Part shown: positions 9,125-19,013 of the stretch, one piece after another
Layout of the letters: every line of letters starts with the position of its first letter
How positions within the stretch are numbered: the stretch's first letter is position 1
Sequence record: PZ465523.1
DNA: 49,119 nt
Reading direction: 5' to 3' (one strand)
Origin: a phage
Made by a program: the position numbers and the translations under genes
Notes under the pieces: model-generated
Seen by the model: the letters and a program-made list of their open reading frames with translations, nothing else
Databases searched by the model: none
What the model was told of the DNA's origin: nothing

Positions 9125-11143
9125 GTGACAATTAACATCAAGAAGCAAATCGCATTACTTGGCGAGGACTATATAAAACGCACTCAAGAACGATTCACTG
9201 TCGGTGATGTCGTTCCTTATCCGTATCAGGTTGTTGCTTATGCCGAGATCGCAAAACGCCTGTCAAATTACGAGCATCCATTCTTTGTTAAAGCGTCAGT
9301 ATCTGCGGGTAAAACAATCATATTCGCTATGGTGGCAAAGCAGTGTCAAAAAATGGGCCTGAAAATGCTTGTGCTTGCCCGGCAGGGTGAGATTGTCGAT
9401 CAGGATAGTGAGGAGATCGACAACTTCGGGGTAACGAACTCCATCTTCTCAGCATCGCTTGGAATCAAGTCCTGCTACTTCCCGATCGTGGTTGGCTCTG
9501 AGGGTACGGTTGCAAATGGCCTCGACAATGAGTTGGCTGATTTTGTCCCGCATGTAATTGGGATCGACGAATGTCACCAGGTGGATTGGGAAGATCTTGC
9601 GCAAGCCATCGAAGGAAAGGAAACGATGGAGCAGATGAAGGGCGAGAAAGGGAAAGTTATTATGGACGGGGAGATTCCTCTGATTGGTAATGACGGGAAA
9701 CCTTTACTTGGAACTAAGCGAAGCCAGTACACGATCGTAATTATGGAGATGATGCGTCGCTGTAAAGAGATTCACGGGCATGACCTCAGAATATTTGGCA
9801 TGACAGGATCTGAATTTAGGGGCGTTGTTCCGATTCTAGTGGAGAATCCAAAGGCGTTAGGATTCTGGCGTGAGCGCGTAACTGATATCGATACAAACTA
9901 TCTGATTGAGTTCGGCTCTGTTGTGCCGACGATATTCGGCTCTACTGACGGCGTACACTACGATCTTGATAAGTTCAAGGCATCAAGCGAGGACGGCGTA
10001 CAGGACTTTACAGAGAAAGATATGAAGGCAATGGAAAATGAGATCCTTCATGATAAATCTCTTACTCAGCGAATAATGCAAATGGTCGCCAAAAAGGCTG
10101 AAGAACGTAACGCGGTTCTGATTACATGCGCTGGGGTGCGTCACTGTAAAGAGGCGGCGGCGGCACTGCCTCCAGGAAGCACCTATGCAATAATCACTGG
10201 CGACACAGACACCAAAACGCGCAAGAAGATTCTGGACGATGTGAGGGCTGGGAAAATTAAATACACCTTTCAGGTAATGGCGCTAACTACTGGCGTTAAC
10301 GTTCCAAATTGGGATTTCAGCGTAATACTTCGCAAGATAGGATCGCTCACTCTGTTGATTCAGCTTTTGGGTAGGGGGATGCGCCTGCTTAAATCATGGC
10401 AGGTTGCTGAAGGAATGGTTAAGCAAGACCATCTGGTATGGGATTTCGCTGGCACTATGGATGAGTTGGGCCAACTTTATTTCGATCCGATACTTGAGCA
10501 GGCTCAATTCCAGAAGCGATTCGAAAACGGCAAAGACCCGAAAACGTGCCCTAAGTGTGGCTGCGTTAATAGCTTCTACGCTCGCAGATGCGTTAACGTT
10601 ATCGACGGTGAACGTTGCGATTATTTCTGGACTTCTCAGATTTGCGAGGACCAGGTGGATGAGCGTACTGGTAAAATCCTTGTTAAAGGGTGTGGTGCTG
10701 AGAATGACGTTGTTGCCCGGGTATGTCGTTGTTGTGATGTTTCTCTTGTCGATCCGAACTTGAAGCTATCCGGGAAGGCGTACACTAAGAATGACTGGTA
10801 CGAGGTAAAGAATTTTGAGGTTACGCTAACCAAAAACCAAAAGGGCGTTATATACAAATACACGCTGATTGATGATGAAGGTGATGAGTTCAAGGCGTAT
10901 GAAAAATTCTTCCCTGAGTCAGACTCTAAGATTTGCGGTACGCTATGGAAAACAAAAGGTGTATTACCTCATGTGTCAGATCCTAAAATGCGCCGCTACT
11001 TTATCGGAATGAAGAACGCCATCAAGATTTTGCAATACTCACATCATATTGCTCACCCGGTGCGCGTAACTCATCGTCGCAACCAGAAGAAAGAAGATAT
11101 TATCTCACGCAAAGACTTCGGTATGGAGGATATCCCGGAATGA
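9125..11143 (+). CDS. SF2 (DExH-type) ATP-dependent helicase with C-terminal zinc ribbon
   Basis: Walker A-like SAGKT, motif II GIDECHQ, C-terminal CPKCGC...C cluster; GTG start. Confidence 0.7.
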   Translation: MTINIKKQIALLGEDYIKRTQERFTVGDVVPYPYQVVAYAEIAKRLSNYEHPFFVKASVSAGKTIIFAMVAKQCQKMGLKMLVLARQGEIVDQDSEEIDNFGVTNSIFSASLGIKSCYFPIVVGSEGTVANGLDNELADFVPHVIGIDECHQVDWEDLAQAIEGKETMEQMKGEKGKVIMDGEIPLIGNDGKPLLGTKRSQYTIVIMEMMRRCKEIHGHDLRIFGMTGSEFRGVVPILVENPKALGFWRERVTDIDTNYLIEFGSVVPTIFGSTDGVHYDLDKFKASSEDGVQDFTEKDMKAMENEILHDKSLTQRIMQMVAKKAEERNAVLITCAGVRHCKEAAAALPPGSTYAIITGDTDTKTRKKILDDVRAGKIKYTFQVMALTTGVNVPNWDFSVILRKIGSLTLLIQLLGRGMRLLKSWQVAEGMVKQDHLVWDFAGTMDELGQLYFDPILEQAQFQKRFENGKDPKTCPKCGCVNSFYARRCVNVIDGERCDYFWTSQICEDQVDERTGKILVKGCGAENDVVARVCRCCDVSLVDPNLKLSGKAYTKNDWYEVKNFEVTLTKNQKGVIYKYTLIDDEGDEFKAYEKFFPESDSKICGTLWKTKGVLPHVSDPKMRRYFIGMKNAIKILQYSHHIAHPVRVTHRRNQKKEDIISRKDFGMEDIPE

Positions 11144-11556
11144 TTACAGACAATGGTGATTATTTAGAGTTTTACGAGCGAGATCCTAGCGACACTCGAA
11201 AGGAGGACGCTCATCAGGTGGATTGCGTGTCCTGGCTGAAATACAATTTCCCTCACCTTCTATTTTGGCACACTGTCAATGAAGGTGAAAAAACAATCAC
11301 ATCGGCACTAAGGGATGAACAAGCTGGATTACTTAAAGGCGTGTCAGACTTCGTTATCCTGATTGGTGTCAACTCACGATACCCGTTTGCAGCAATAGAA
11401 CTCAAGCGGGTTAATAAGTCAGGCAAAGGAAAGGCGTCACCAGTCAGCGATAAGCAAAGGGAGTTTCTTCGAAAGGTCCGGGAGCGTGGAGGCTTCTCTG
11501 CCGTCGCATACGGATTCGCGCAATTCAAGATCTCAATTTACGAAATGATGAAATAG
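11140..11556 (+). CDS. VRR-NUC-like nuclease domain protein
   Basis: 138 aa with conserved D...E.K spacing typical of VRR-NUC; start overlaps helicase stop. Confidence 0.5.
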   Translation: MITDNGDYLEFYERDPSDTRKEDAHQVDCVSWLKYNFPHLLFWHTVNEGEKTITSALRDEQAGLLKGVSDFVILIGVNSRYPFAAIELKRVNKSGKGKASPVSDKQREFLRKVRERGGFSAVAYGFAQFKISIYEMMK

Positions 11557-11596
11557 CACTTTTTGTTAAAACTGCCGGAATGGAATCTGGCATTAT
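11552..11596 (+). promoter_or_regulatory. Box-type promoter: AATAGCACTTTTTGTTAAAA, 22 nt, CATTAT
   Basis: Upstream of Dam gene; box overlaps stop of VRR-NUC gene. Confidence 0.55.
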
Positions 11597-11623
11597 TATC
11601 TCACCAAAACGAGAGGACTAAAA

Positions 11624-12337
11624 ATGAAAGACTTCAATGATATTGAAACCATCGACTTTGCAGAGACTGGTTGCTCATTCACTCGCGAAGCAATAGCATC
11701 AGGCGGTTATTATCAGGCGCTAAAAACGCCAACCTGCAAAGAGATTTCAGGACGTCGATACAAGGGAACAAATACCCCTGACGCCGTTCGTGATTTATGG
11801 TCAACTCCGCGCGAGGTTATTTCATACCTTGAGGGGCGCTACGGAAAATATGATCTCGACGCTGCGGCAAGCGAAGAAAATAAAGTTTGCGAGAAGTTTT
11901 ATTCTCAGGAAACAAACTGCTTAAAACGTTGGTGGGGTAAAAATAAGCATGTGTGGTTAAATCCTCCTTATAGTCGACCTGATATATTCATCAAGAAGGC
12001 GATCGAGCAAATGGAGCACAACAATCAGATTGATATTCTGTTGCCTGCTGATAATTCTACAGCGTGGTTTACTGAGGCTCGACAGCACGCGGCTGAGATT
12101 ATCTGGATTGAAGCGGATTTGACTGAGGATATCGACGGGAACGAGTACGCACGATCCGGTCGCCTGGCGTTCATATCAGGTGAAACCGGGAAGGCCGTTG
12201 ATGGTAATAACAAAGGTTCTGTGATTTTCATTATGCGCGAACTGAAAGATGGTGAGGTTCAACAGACTCACTATATCCCAATCACAAGCATTTGCCCTTC
12301 AGTTAAAAACAAGCGCGCAAAATTAAGGAAAGTATGA
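11624..12337 (+). CDS. dam: DNA N6-adenine methyltransferase (phage Dam family)
   Basis: DLDAAAS and NPPYS motifs. Confidence 0.75.
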   Translation: MKDFNDIETIDFAETGCSFTREAIASGGYYQALKTPTCKEISGRRYKGTNTPDAVRDLWSTPREVISYLEGRYGKYDLDAAASEENKVCEKFYSQETNCLKRWWGKNKHVWLNPPYSRPDIFIKKAIEQMEHNNQIDILLPADNSTAWFTEARQHAAEIIWIEADLTEDIDGNEYARSGRLAFISGETGKAVDGNNKGSVIFIMRELKDGEVQQTHYIPITSICPSVKNKRAKLRKV

Positions 12338-12585
12338 TGAACGAGAAAATGATTCCTGTTAAGTTAACAGATCAAGGTTTATGGCTACTTTATCGAGCTA
12401 CGTGCTGCGAAATTATGGAGCGAAACGGATTGACTCAGGATGTTATTGGTTGCGATCTGTGGGAGTTCACTAGTTCTCTTGATATGTCTTTCGATGAGAT
12501 AAAAAATGAACATATAGAGAGTTGGCCTTCAATTATCCAGAAAGACGTAGAGGAACTTAAAGCAGATACGATCGCGCAGCACTAA
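12334..12585 (+). CDS. Hypothetical protein
   Basis: ATG overlapping Dam stop; stop codon lies inside the next box. Confidence 0.5.
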   Translation: MMNEKMIPVKLTDQGLWLLYRATCCEIMERNGLTQDVIGCDLWEFTSSLDMSFDEIKNEHIESWPSIIQKDVEELKADTIAQH

Positions 12586-12619
12586 TTGCTAAAAATACCC
12601 GGCGAAAGTCGGGTATAGT
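12578..12619 (+). promoter_or_regulatory. Box-type promoter: AGCACTAATTGCTAAAA, 22 nt, TATAGT
   Basis: Hairpin TACCCG-gcgaaagt-CGGGTA inside the spacer. Confidence 0.55.
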
Positions 12620-12651
12620 TATTTCATTGAGACGAAACGAGGAATCAAAAG

Positions 12652-12861
12652 ATGGCACGCATTAACGCAAACTTTTTCAATATCGCTCAACAGTCAGCAA
12701 AAATGGCTGTTCATATCACCAACAAGAAAGGCGGTAACTTTGATTGGGATATTGCTATGAACTTCCTTAAAATGGCTTATTACCTATGCTCAGTCAAAGA
12801 TGTTGAGTGTTTTATTGAAAGCGTGGAGAAACTAACCAATGCTGATAAAAAAACAAGGTAA
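12652..12861 (+). CDS. Hypothetical protein
   Basis: RBS GAGGAA; ORF-track ORF. Confidence 0.5.
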   Translation: MARINANFFNIAQQSAKMAVHITNKKGGNFDWDIAMNFLKMAYYLCSVKDVECFIESVEKLTNADKKTR

Positions 12862-13111
12862 ACGAGAGGTTTGGGAGCACGCGAAGGAATGCGGAATATC
12901 AGACGATATAGCACTAATAGCAAAATATTTCGATATAAAGGATGTTAGCATCATCTCAAACGGAAAGATTTCATTTATGGAAGATATGCCGAGAAAAATG
13001 CATAGAGTGCCAGCCACCCCATCACTTGAGTTTTATCGTGAAGAAGGAAAGAGAATTGAGCGAGAACGAAAAAACGCAAAGAACAACAAGCCTTCCAGGC
13101 TTAAATATTAA
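12839..13111 (+). CDS. Hypothetical basic protein
   Basis: Lys/Arg-rich C-terminus; overlaps frame of 12942..13343. Confidence 0.45.
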   Translation: MLIKKQGKREVWEHAKECGISDDIALIAKYFDIKDVSIISNGKISFMEDMPRKMHRVPATPSLEFYREEGKRIERERKNAKNNKPSRLKY

Positions 13112-13343
13112 CTCAGATGACTACCAGACAATATGGATTGGGAAAAAGCAGGTTAAGCAAATCCCTTTCTCTGACTGGTTGCCACCTGACTTTGTTAATG
13201 TGCTTTGCACTATCGGTATCGAGCAGGAGTTGCATATAGGTTACTACTCACCAGGCAGAAACAGTATGATGCTTGAGGTTGACGGAAAACTTGTTGAGTT
13301 TAAACATGCTGATCTAGGATTCTGGTTAAAGGCTGTGGCATGA
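12942..13343 (+). CDS. Hypothetical protein; only the part after 13111 looks protein-like, start unresolved
   Basis: Frame has no ATG after 13111; possible +1 frameshift fusion with 12839..13111. Confidence 0.35.
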   Translation: MLASSQTERFHLWKICREKCIECQPPHHLSFIVKKERELSENEKTQRTTSLPGLNINSDDYQTIWIGKKQVKQIPFSDWLPPDFVNVLCTIGIEQELHIGYYSPGRNSMMLEVDGKLVEFKHADLGFWLKAVA

Positions 13344-13421
13344 AACTTTATTTTGCTGTAGTATTAACACCGCTAATTTAATTTTCATTAATGTATTTCA
13401 TTATCATGTAAGGATTAAAAT

Positions 13422-14573
13422 ATGTCACAAGCTAAAATCACCACCGAGCAACTTATCGAAGAGCGCATGAACGGCCTCACACTTCGCGAGATCGCGGAAA
13501 AGTACGGTATGCACATTCGCACTGTTGAAGCGCGCCATGCCAAGCTGGCAAAAGAAGGTCATTTCCACGGTAACGAGCATGTTGCTAAAAACGTGCCCGA
13601 GGGATTCATGGTAAAAGGCACGTCGACGATGATTCGAGGTGATGGGACCGAGGTAGTGCGCTGGGTAAAAACCGATCAGGACCGTGAGAAGATTGCAGCA
13701 ATGATGGAAGCGGCGCGCATTGCATTCTGTGAAGACCTGCCGCGAGCAAAGCCAACCGAGTTACTAACCTCGCAAGGGCTTACTACAGCTATGGGTAAGC
13801 TGGCACTATATCCGGTATTCGACCTGCACATTGGCGCGCTTGCTCACAAGCATGAATGCGGAGAGAACTACTCTACCGACGTAGCTGAAAAAGTGCTTGG
13901 CGACTTCTTCAATTACGCGATCGATATTGCTCCTAAAGCAGAGAAAGCTGTTCTGTTAATCGGCGGTGACTTCCTTCACTCTGACGGTCTTGATGCTGTT
14001 ACCCCGGCAAGCGGTCACGTTCTGGATCAGGATTCACGATACGCAAAATTGGTGCATGTTGCGATCCGTTCGGTGCGTCGCGCTATCGACAAAATGCTTA
14101 TGAAACACAAAGAAGTCGAGGTTCAGATTATTGAAGGGAACCACGACCAGGCCGGGATGATTTGGCTACGCGCTGCAATGTCGGCATATTATGAAGACGA
14201 GCCGCGAGTATTCGTTGACGTTAGCCCTATGATTCTGCATAAGACTCGATGGGGAAACACCTTATTGGGATACACTCACGGGCACACTATGAAAAAGGCA
14301 GACACGCGACTTGCAGCGATGGCGGCAGACTTCCGTGCAGACTTCGGAGAGAGCAAGTATGTGTATACTCATAGCGGTCACTGGCATCATCAGACAATCA
14401 CTGAACACTCGTTAGGTATCGATGAGGTTCACGGTCAGTTAGGAGCGAAGGATGCATACGCAGCACGAGGCGGGTGGCGCTCATATCGTCAGGCGGCGGT
14501 AATCGTTTACGACAAGCAATTTGGTGAGATAGGTCGATTCATCTACCGTCCAGAAATGACAGGATCGCATTAA
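13422..14573 (+). CDS. Metallophosphoesterase (calcineurin-like) with N-terminal HTH-like segment
   Basis: GDFLHSD, GNHD and GHTH-like metal-binding motifs. Confidence 0.6.
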   Translation: MSQAKITTEQLIEERMNGLTLREIAEKYGMHIRTVEARHAKLAKEGHFHGNEHVAKNVPEGFMVKGTSTMIRGDGTEVVRWVKTDQDREKIAAMMEAARIAFCEDLPRAKPTELLTSQGLTTAMGKLALYPVFDLHIGALAHKHECGENYSTDVAEKVLGDFFNYAIDIAPKAEKAVLLIGGDFLHSDGLDAVTPASGHVLDQDSRYAKLVHVAIRSVRRAIDKMLMKHKEVEVQIIEGNHDQAGMIWLRAAMSAYYEDEPRVFVDVSPMILHKTRWGNTLLGYTHGHTMKKADTRLAAMAADFRADFGESKYVYTHSGHWHHQTITEHSLGIDEVHGQLGAKDAYAARGGWRSYRQAAVIVYDKQFGEIGRFIYRPEMTGSH

Positions 14574-14607
14574 TTGCTAAAAATGCCCGAACGGATTCGG
14601 GTATAGT
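14568..14607 (+). promoter_or_regulatory. Box-type promoter: GCATTAATTGCTAAAA, 22 nt, TATAGT
   Basis: Gene stop TAA embedded in box; hairpin CCCGAA-cgga-TTCGGG in spacer. Confidence 0.55.
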
Positions 14608-14638
14608 GACCACATCTAAAACAAAGAGGATGCATATC

Positions 14639-14815
14639 ATGAAACGAGTTAAGTGCATCCGAAATGACTCAAAAACACTTCCATTCCGCGTAAATCAGAT
14701 TTATAGTGTTGGTTATGATTTCGGTGGTGGATTGTTTGAGATTTACGACGGGCAAGGTTCAGTAATCCAAGCACCTCTGAAAGGTAGCTATCTGGAATTT
14801 ATTGCGATAGATTAA
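14639..14815 (+). CDS. Small protein of the Cys beta-hairpin repeat family
   Basis: ATG after RBS AAAGAGG; VKCIRNDSKTLPFRVNQIYSV motif. Confidence 0.55.
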   Translation: MKRVKCIRNDSKTLPFRVNQIYSVGYDFGGGLFEIYDGQGSVIQAPLKGSYLEFIAID

Positions 14816-14836
14816 CAATATCATTCATCACCTTAC

Positions 14837-14869
14837 AGGCTGGCATGATTTACATGCTGGCCTTTTTGC
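14837..14869 (+). terminator. Rho-independent terminator
   Basis: 11-bp stem with two G-U pairs, 5-nt loop, then UUUUU. Confidence 0.65.
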
Positions 14870-14933
14870 GTTGTATCAATTAAATTTGAAGGTTAAAATC
14901 GACTCACTTGTTCAAAAAATATATGGTGAGATT

Positions 14934-15149
14934 ATGAAAGAATTTTTAACAGCAGCTACGTCAAGCACGGGCGGTGCTTCGTTGGTAGGGGCAGCGACAG
15001 GTCAACTTTATATTGCTGGCGCTACATTCATTTGCTTTCTGCTTTTTGGCGCTTGGGGAGCGTACTGGAAGTATCGCGATAGCAAGGCAATTCAGGAAGC
15101 GTTAAACGATGGCGATCTAAATAAGGCGCTTAAGATCAGGGGGAGATAA
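14934..15149 (+). CDS. Holin, single-TMD, possibly pinholin-like
   Basis: 71 aa with hydrophobic helix [21 protein letters not shown]; immediately upstream of endolysin. Confidence 0.55.
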   Translation: MKEFLTAATSSTGGASLVGAATGQLYIAGATFICFLLFGAWGAYWKYRDSKAIQEALNDGDLNKALKIRGR

Positions 15150-15637
15150 TGAGTTTAAAAAATAACGTTATAGGAGCATCGATCGGGGCAGCTTTGACGT
15201 TGACACCTACCCTACTGGAACGAATCGAAGGTATAGAATACGAGGTTTATTACGATATCGCCGGAGTCCCTACCGTATGCAGCGGAATAACCGGGCCGGA
15301 CGTCATACCTGGTAAGAAATACACTAAGCGAGAATGCGATGCTTTGTTGATAAAACACATCGGCGTTGCTCAGAGATACGTAGACAAAAAGGTGAATGTT
15401 GATATTCCGGTAACGATGCGCGCGTCATTGTATAGCTTTACTTTCAACGTTGGTACTGGCGCGTTCGGATCTTCTACAATGCTTAAGCTAATAAATCAGG
15501 GTAAGCACAGGGAAGCGTGCAATCAGTTATGGCGATGGGTATACTACTACAACCCAAAAACCAAAAAGCGCGAAGTGTCTAGAGGACTCAAGAACAGACG
15601 CTCTGAAGAATACGCGTATTGCGTTAAGGAATTATGA
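15149..15637 (+). CDS. Endolysin, GH24 lysozyme family, with SAR-like N-terminal signal-anchor
   Basis: [23 protein letters not shown] catalytic region; Gly/Ala/Ser-rich weakly hydrophobic N-terminus. Confidence 0.7.
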   Translation: MSLKNNVIGASIGAALTLTPTLLERIEGIEYEVYYDIAGVPTVCSGITGPDVIPGKKYTKRECDALLIKHIGVAQRYVDKKVNVDIPVTMRASLYSFTFNVGTGAFGSSTMLKLINQGKHREACNQLWRWVYYYNPKTKKREVSRGLKNRRSEEYAYCVKEL

Positions 15638-16038
15638 TGAAACTGAAGAAAACATGCATTGCGATTGTAGTGGCTGTTGGTGTTATTTCTCTATCCTGTT
15701 GCTCGACGGCATCTGCCCTGAGCGGTTTAATCGGATCTAAACCTGAAGTTACAGCACAGATTGGAGAGGAGAACACAAAGCAATTAGCAGGAGTGACCGC
15801 AAAATCCGAAGATAAGCGAGATGTTAAAGTTGAAAAGTCCAATGTAGGAAAGGTTGACTCTTCCGTGAAGAAGTCAATTGAAGTTTCAACCATTCAGGCC
15901 AACACGGTTAACGCTGAAAGCATCACTGTTACAAAACCTGGGAACTGGTACGACGCTATCGCTGGCTGGACCCTCGTTCTCATTGGTCTGTTGCTGGTTT
16001 ATTTTTCACTTCGCAAGGACGAAAAAAAGGAGGCATAA
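15634..16038 (+). CDS. Unimolecular spanin-like lysis protein
   Basis: N-terminal lipoprotein-like signal ending LSCC plus C-terminal TMD; last gene of lysis cassette. Confidence 0.55.
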   Translation: MMKLKKTCIAIVVAVGVISLSCCSTASALSGLIGSKPEVTAQIGEENTKQLAGVTAKSEDKRDVKVEKSNVGKVDSSVKKSIEVSTIQANTVNAESITVTKPGNWYDAIAGWTLVLIGLLLVYFSLRKDEKKEA

Positions 16039-16053
16039 GCCTCCTTTTCTTTT
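16029..16053. terminator. Bidirectional terminator between convergent operons
   Basis: GGAGGC-ataa-GCCTCC stem with flanking A- and T-runs; spanin stop codon sits in the loop. Confidence 0.65.
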
Positions 16054-16267
16054 ATGCATCAGCCCACATGTAACTTTCGTTCGTGAGTTTTGCGTATTCG
16101 CGAACTTCAATTTCACAGGTGTCTACGTACATCTCAGCGACCTTTTTCTCATTCGCTACCGCTGATTCCTCGGTCCATCCATCAGCTTTGCTGTAGAGGG
16201 TAGGAATTTCACTTCTAGTGCCGTTAGAGTGATTGTAAACGCGAACTACTAAAAATTTGTTAGCCAT
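16052..16267 (-). CDS. Hypothetical protein (72 aa)
   Basis: ATG after RBS GAAGGA; first gene downstream of box at 16330. Confidence 0.5.
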   Translation of the reverse strand: MANKFLVVRVYNHSNGTRSEIPTLYSKADGWTEESAVANEKKVAEMYVDTCEIEVREYAKLTNESYMWADA

Positions 16268-16304
16268 GATATTTTCCTTCAGGTCGTTTCGTTTCGATGA
16301 AACA

Positions 16305-16350
16305 AATATACCCGATACGAGATCGGGTGTTTTAACAAAAAGTGCTATTT
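16305..16350 (-). promoter_or_regulatory. Box-type promoter: AAATAGCACTTTTTGTTAAAA, 22 nt, TATATT
   Basis: Hairpin CCCGAT-ctcgt-ATCGGG in spacer. Confidence 0.55.
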
Positions 16351-16456
16351 GTATCTTTTTACGTGGAGAAGCAACTCCCCATCTTGGTCGCAAAGATCAT
16401 GCTCGCTGTCGCCGTTGGCTCTCATTGAAGTGAGTAGCAGGCTCAATAATCCTTGT

Positions 16457-16864
16457 TCAAATTCTTCTTTCGTAAGCTGGAGACTTGCGCACAATTCGAC
16501 GTTCCGATCTATCAACGTTTCTACGTTCGCCAAACAATTCCTCATCACTCATTTCTCCAATGTGCATCATTTCCCACGTATATCGATTGTTGTAGCCATC
16601 AATACACATCAGCTTCATCATTACCGGGCGCTTGATCTTTCCCTTGCACCAGTAAAATCCATCATTACGATCCAAGTAACCCTCAGTCACGCAGCGTGCG
16701 CAAAACTCCTTAGATAGCGCGCTTGTAAATTCACGGTGAGTCATCCCGGCGGCCTTAGCAAATCGCTCACTTTCCTTGTGGGCGTATATAAATTTCGCTA
16801 TGTGCTGCCGAGTGTATTTGTCGTAACCTTCGCAGAACCTGAACAGATCCAAAAGAAGAAGCAT
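16457..16864 (-). CDS. Hypothetical Cys-containing protein (135 aa)
   Basis: ORF-track ORF with ATG start 4 nt after upstream stop. Confidence 0.5.
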   Translation of the reverse strand: MLLLLDLFRFCEGYDKYTRQHIAKFIYAHKESERFAKAAGMTHREFTSALSKEFCARCVTEGYLDRNDGFYWCKGKIKRPVMMKLMCIDGYNNRYTWEMMHIGEMSDEELFGERRNVDRSERRIVRKSPAYERRI

Positions 16865-16868
16865 ATTT

Positions 16869-18437
16869 TTAACCCATCAGTCGAGGATTTATGAAAACAA
16901 TATCATCAATACGGCAAGTGTAATTCATCTCTTCTAGCGTGATTAGAAGACTGTCGATTCGCTCAGATACTTTCTGTTGACCGTTGAACGGAGTAACGTT
17001 CCGGCACTTTGCAACAATACTATGAATAGGTGCGCGGCCTTTGTTCTTCTTCGCGATCTCAGTGATAACATCAATCAGCTTACGAGATTCAGCCTCATCA
17101 CCAGCATACCCGGCAGCGCTGGCAGACGACAGATAAGTCCTGGAAAGCTCATTGAAGATCATGATCGCTTCCTGCATTGTTTCAAGGTCAATCTCACGGT
17201 TGGAACGGTTCGGTGATTCACCCTCCCAATTCTTGATCGTGTGGAGAACCGAAGCAATACGCAAAGCGTGCTTATCGAACTTGCCGAGATGACCGCGAAG
17301 CATTGAGTGAGAGTATTTCCCCCCGGCGGCGAAATCAGGCTCCATCGCCTGGCGCGCAAGGTTTAATTCACGCATAGCATTACGGCTCACAGAGAGAACA
17401 ACGTTGTCCTCCTTCATGATGTTGTGCACGAGTCTGTAATATTTGCTAACCAGTCCGCGATCGACTTCCTTATACAGCGCATCGCCATTTTCATCACAAA
17501 GAATACGAGTACCTAAAAGCGGCTCCTCGCGAACCAACAAGAAACGTTCGGATACACCTATACCGCGCTGGCCTGCATCCATGATGCCCTTGATTGTTTC
17601 ATCCTGCGCAATGACGCAGATCGAACCGACCGGGCAAAGAGATAAGTTGTTGTCCTGATTTGAACGCGCGACCTCCATATGGTTTTTATCCCACGCCTTA
17701 AGGATAAGCTCACTGTTAGATTTCTTATCTGAACCGCCATACGTAAGCCCGAGCAATGTATTGATTGCCGTTGCCTCGTCAGATATTACGGAAAAGTGAC
17801 CTTGCACTGCCGCCACTTTCGCAAGACCTTCAGGTGTAGGATCTGATACAGCGAAAACAATATCAGCCATCTTCTTGATCTTCTCTTCCAGCTTTTCTTT
17901 GTCCTCGTACAGAGCCGCCGTCGTGTTGCCTTTAGGATCGTTTTTTATTTCCTTCTCGACCTGACGTAGCTGACTGGTTAAACGGATACGTTCCTTTTTG
18001 CGCTCTTCATTCAGTCGCTGAATCTCCGCACGCATAGGTGTAATCGCCGCTGAGTTAATCGCTGATTTACCTGTTGATGGTGGCTGACTGATTACCATGT
18101 AAAGCGCTGTCGGCTGTTCTTCTCCATGATATTGCACCCAAAACTTCCCGAGCATCGCGGCTGATATGCAACCGATAAAATGAGCATACGCGGATGAAAC
18201 CGGGAACTGGACTGATTCAGCTTTTGCTTTTGCATATTCGAATACCAGGTTATCGCCACCTAACGAAATCAGAGGGAACTTATCGTTTCCGCTGTTGATA
18301 TCGATCGGATCTTGCCAAAAAGAAACTGAATCCCCGTAACTGTTTTCACGAATTGCGATCGCCACCGGATTCACTCCAGTGCTATTTGCGATCTCAATAA
18401 TTTGTTGGTAATTCAGTTTTGGCTTAATGTTAAACAT
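16869..18437 (-). CDS. Large early protein, possibly replication-associated; function unresolved
   Basis: 523 aa; start set at ATG 18437 after RBS AAGGAG; no clear Walker A. Confidence 0.6.
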   Translation of the reverse strand: MFNIKPKLNYQQIIEIANSTGVNPVAIAIRENSYGDSVSFWQDPIDINSGNDKFPLISLGGDNLVFEYAKAKAESVQFPVSSAYAHFIGCISAAMLGKFWVQYHGEEQPTALYMVISQPPSTGKSAINSAAITPMRAEIQRLNEERKKERIRLTSQLRQVEKEIKNDPKGNTTAALYEDKEKLEEKIKKMADIVFAVSDPTPEGLAKVAAVQGHFSVISDEATAINTLLGLTYGGSDKKSNSELILKAWDKNHMEVARSNQDNNLSLCPVGSICVIAQDETIKGIMDAGQRGIGVSERFLLVREEPLLGTRILCDENGDALYKEVDRGLVSKYYRLVHNIMKEDNVVLSVSRNAMRELNLARQAMEPDFAAGGKYSHSMLRGHLGKFDKHALRIASVLHTIKNWEGESPNRSNREIDLETMQEAIMIFNELSRTYLSSASAAGYAGDEAESRKLIDVITEIAKKNKGRAPIHSIVAKCRNVTPFNGQQKVSERIDSLLITLEEMNYTCRIDDIVFINPRLMG

Positions 18438-18466
18438 CACAATAAACTCCTTAGTTGACGGTGTGA

Positions 18467-18512
18467 ATGATACACCGCCAATGTTACACGCGTTTTGCAA
18501 AAAGTGCTATTG
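18467..18512 (-). promoter_or_regulatory. Box-type promoter: AATAGCACTTTTTGCAAAA, 22 nt, TATCAT
   Basis: Hairpin CGGTGT-atcattc-ACACCG downstream. Confidence 0.5.
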
Positions 18513-18513
18513 G

Positions 18514-18930
18514 TTATAAGTATTTGGCCTCAAAGGTTGTGCCGTCAGCAATACTAAAACCAATCTCTTCGCGGAATAATGTCCAGCGGCAACCGTCCTC
18601 ATCAAAGATGTAACCAGCCACTCCACCGAGAGCGCGACCGCTTTCCACCTGGTAACGCTTGCCAACTTTGAATGATTTTTTCATTGGGTTGCGATGGTCA
18701 AGCCCGGTACACTTGAGTGTTTTGGTTTTAAGTTCAGTGAATTTTGCGAAGAAGATTTCATCAGATCCGTGAATCTGTAATTCATCGTGCTTATCAAGTT
18801 TTAAATACTTACCGCACTTTAACTTAACCTCGCGAGTGCCATCGTAGCGTTCTCGACCTTTGTACATGTTGTTAACTTCAAATCCTGTGATTTTGTCTGC
18901 TGAAGTGCATTTAAGTTTGATGGATTTCAT
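18514..18930 (-). CDS. Cys beta-hairpin repeat family protein (2-3 repeats)
   Basis: Repeats IKLKCTSADKITGFEV / VKLKCGKY / LKCTGLDHRNPMKKSFKVGKRYQV; start at ATG 18930 after CAGGAG. Confidence 0.6.
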   Translation of the reverse strand: MKSIKLKCTSADKITGFEVNNMYKGRERYDGTREVKLKCGKYLKLDKHDELQIHGSDEIFFAKFTELKTKTLKCTGLDHRNPMKKSFKVGKRYQVESGRALGGVAGYIFDEDGCRWTLFREEIGFSIADGTTFEAKYL

Positions 18931-18966
18931 TGCGTTCACTCCTGATTGGTTATCTTGAATAAGGCC

Positions 18967-19013
18967 ACTTTATCAAATGACATTACGTCAATATTAACAA
19001 ATCGTGCTATTTA
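18967..19013 (-). promoter_or_regulatory. Box-type promoter: AAATAGCACGATTTGTTAA, 22 nt, TAAAGT
   Basis: Read on minus strand. Confidence 0.5.

Noticed and set aside
16345-16548. Minus-strand ORF 16345..16548 (67 aa) overlapping the end of 16457..16864
   Set aside because: It overlaps the 3' end of a longer ORF in another frame, and its putative start lies inside that gene without an RBS; not called.
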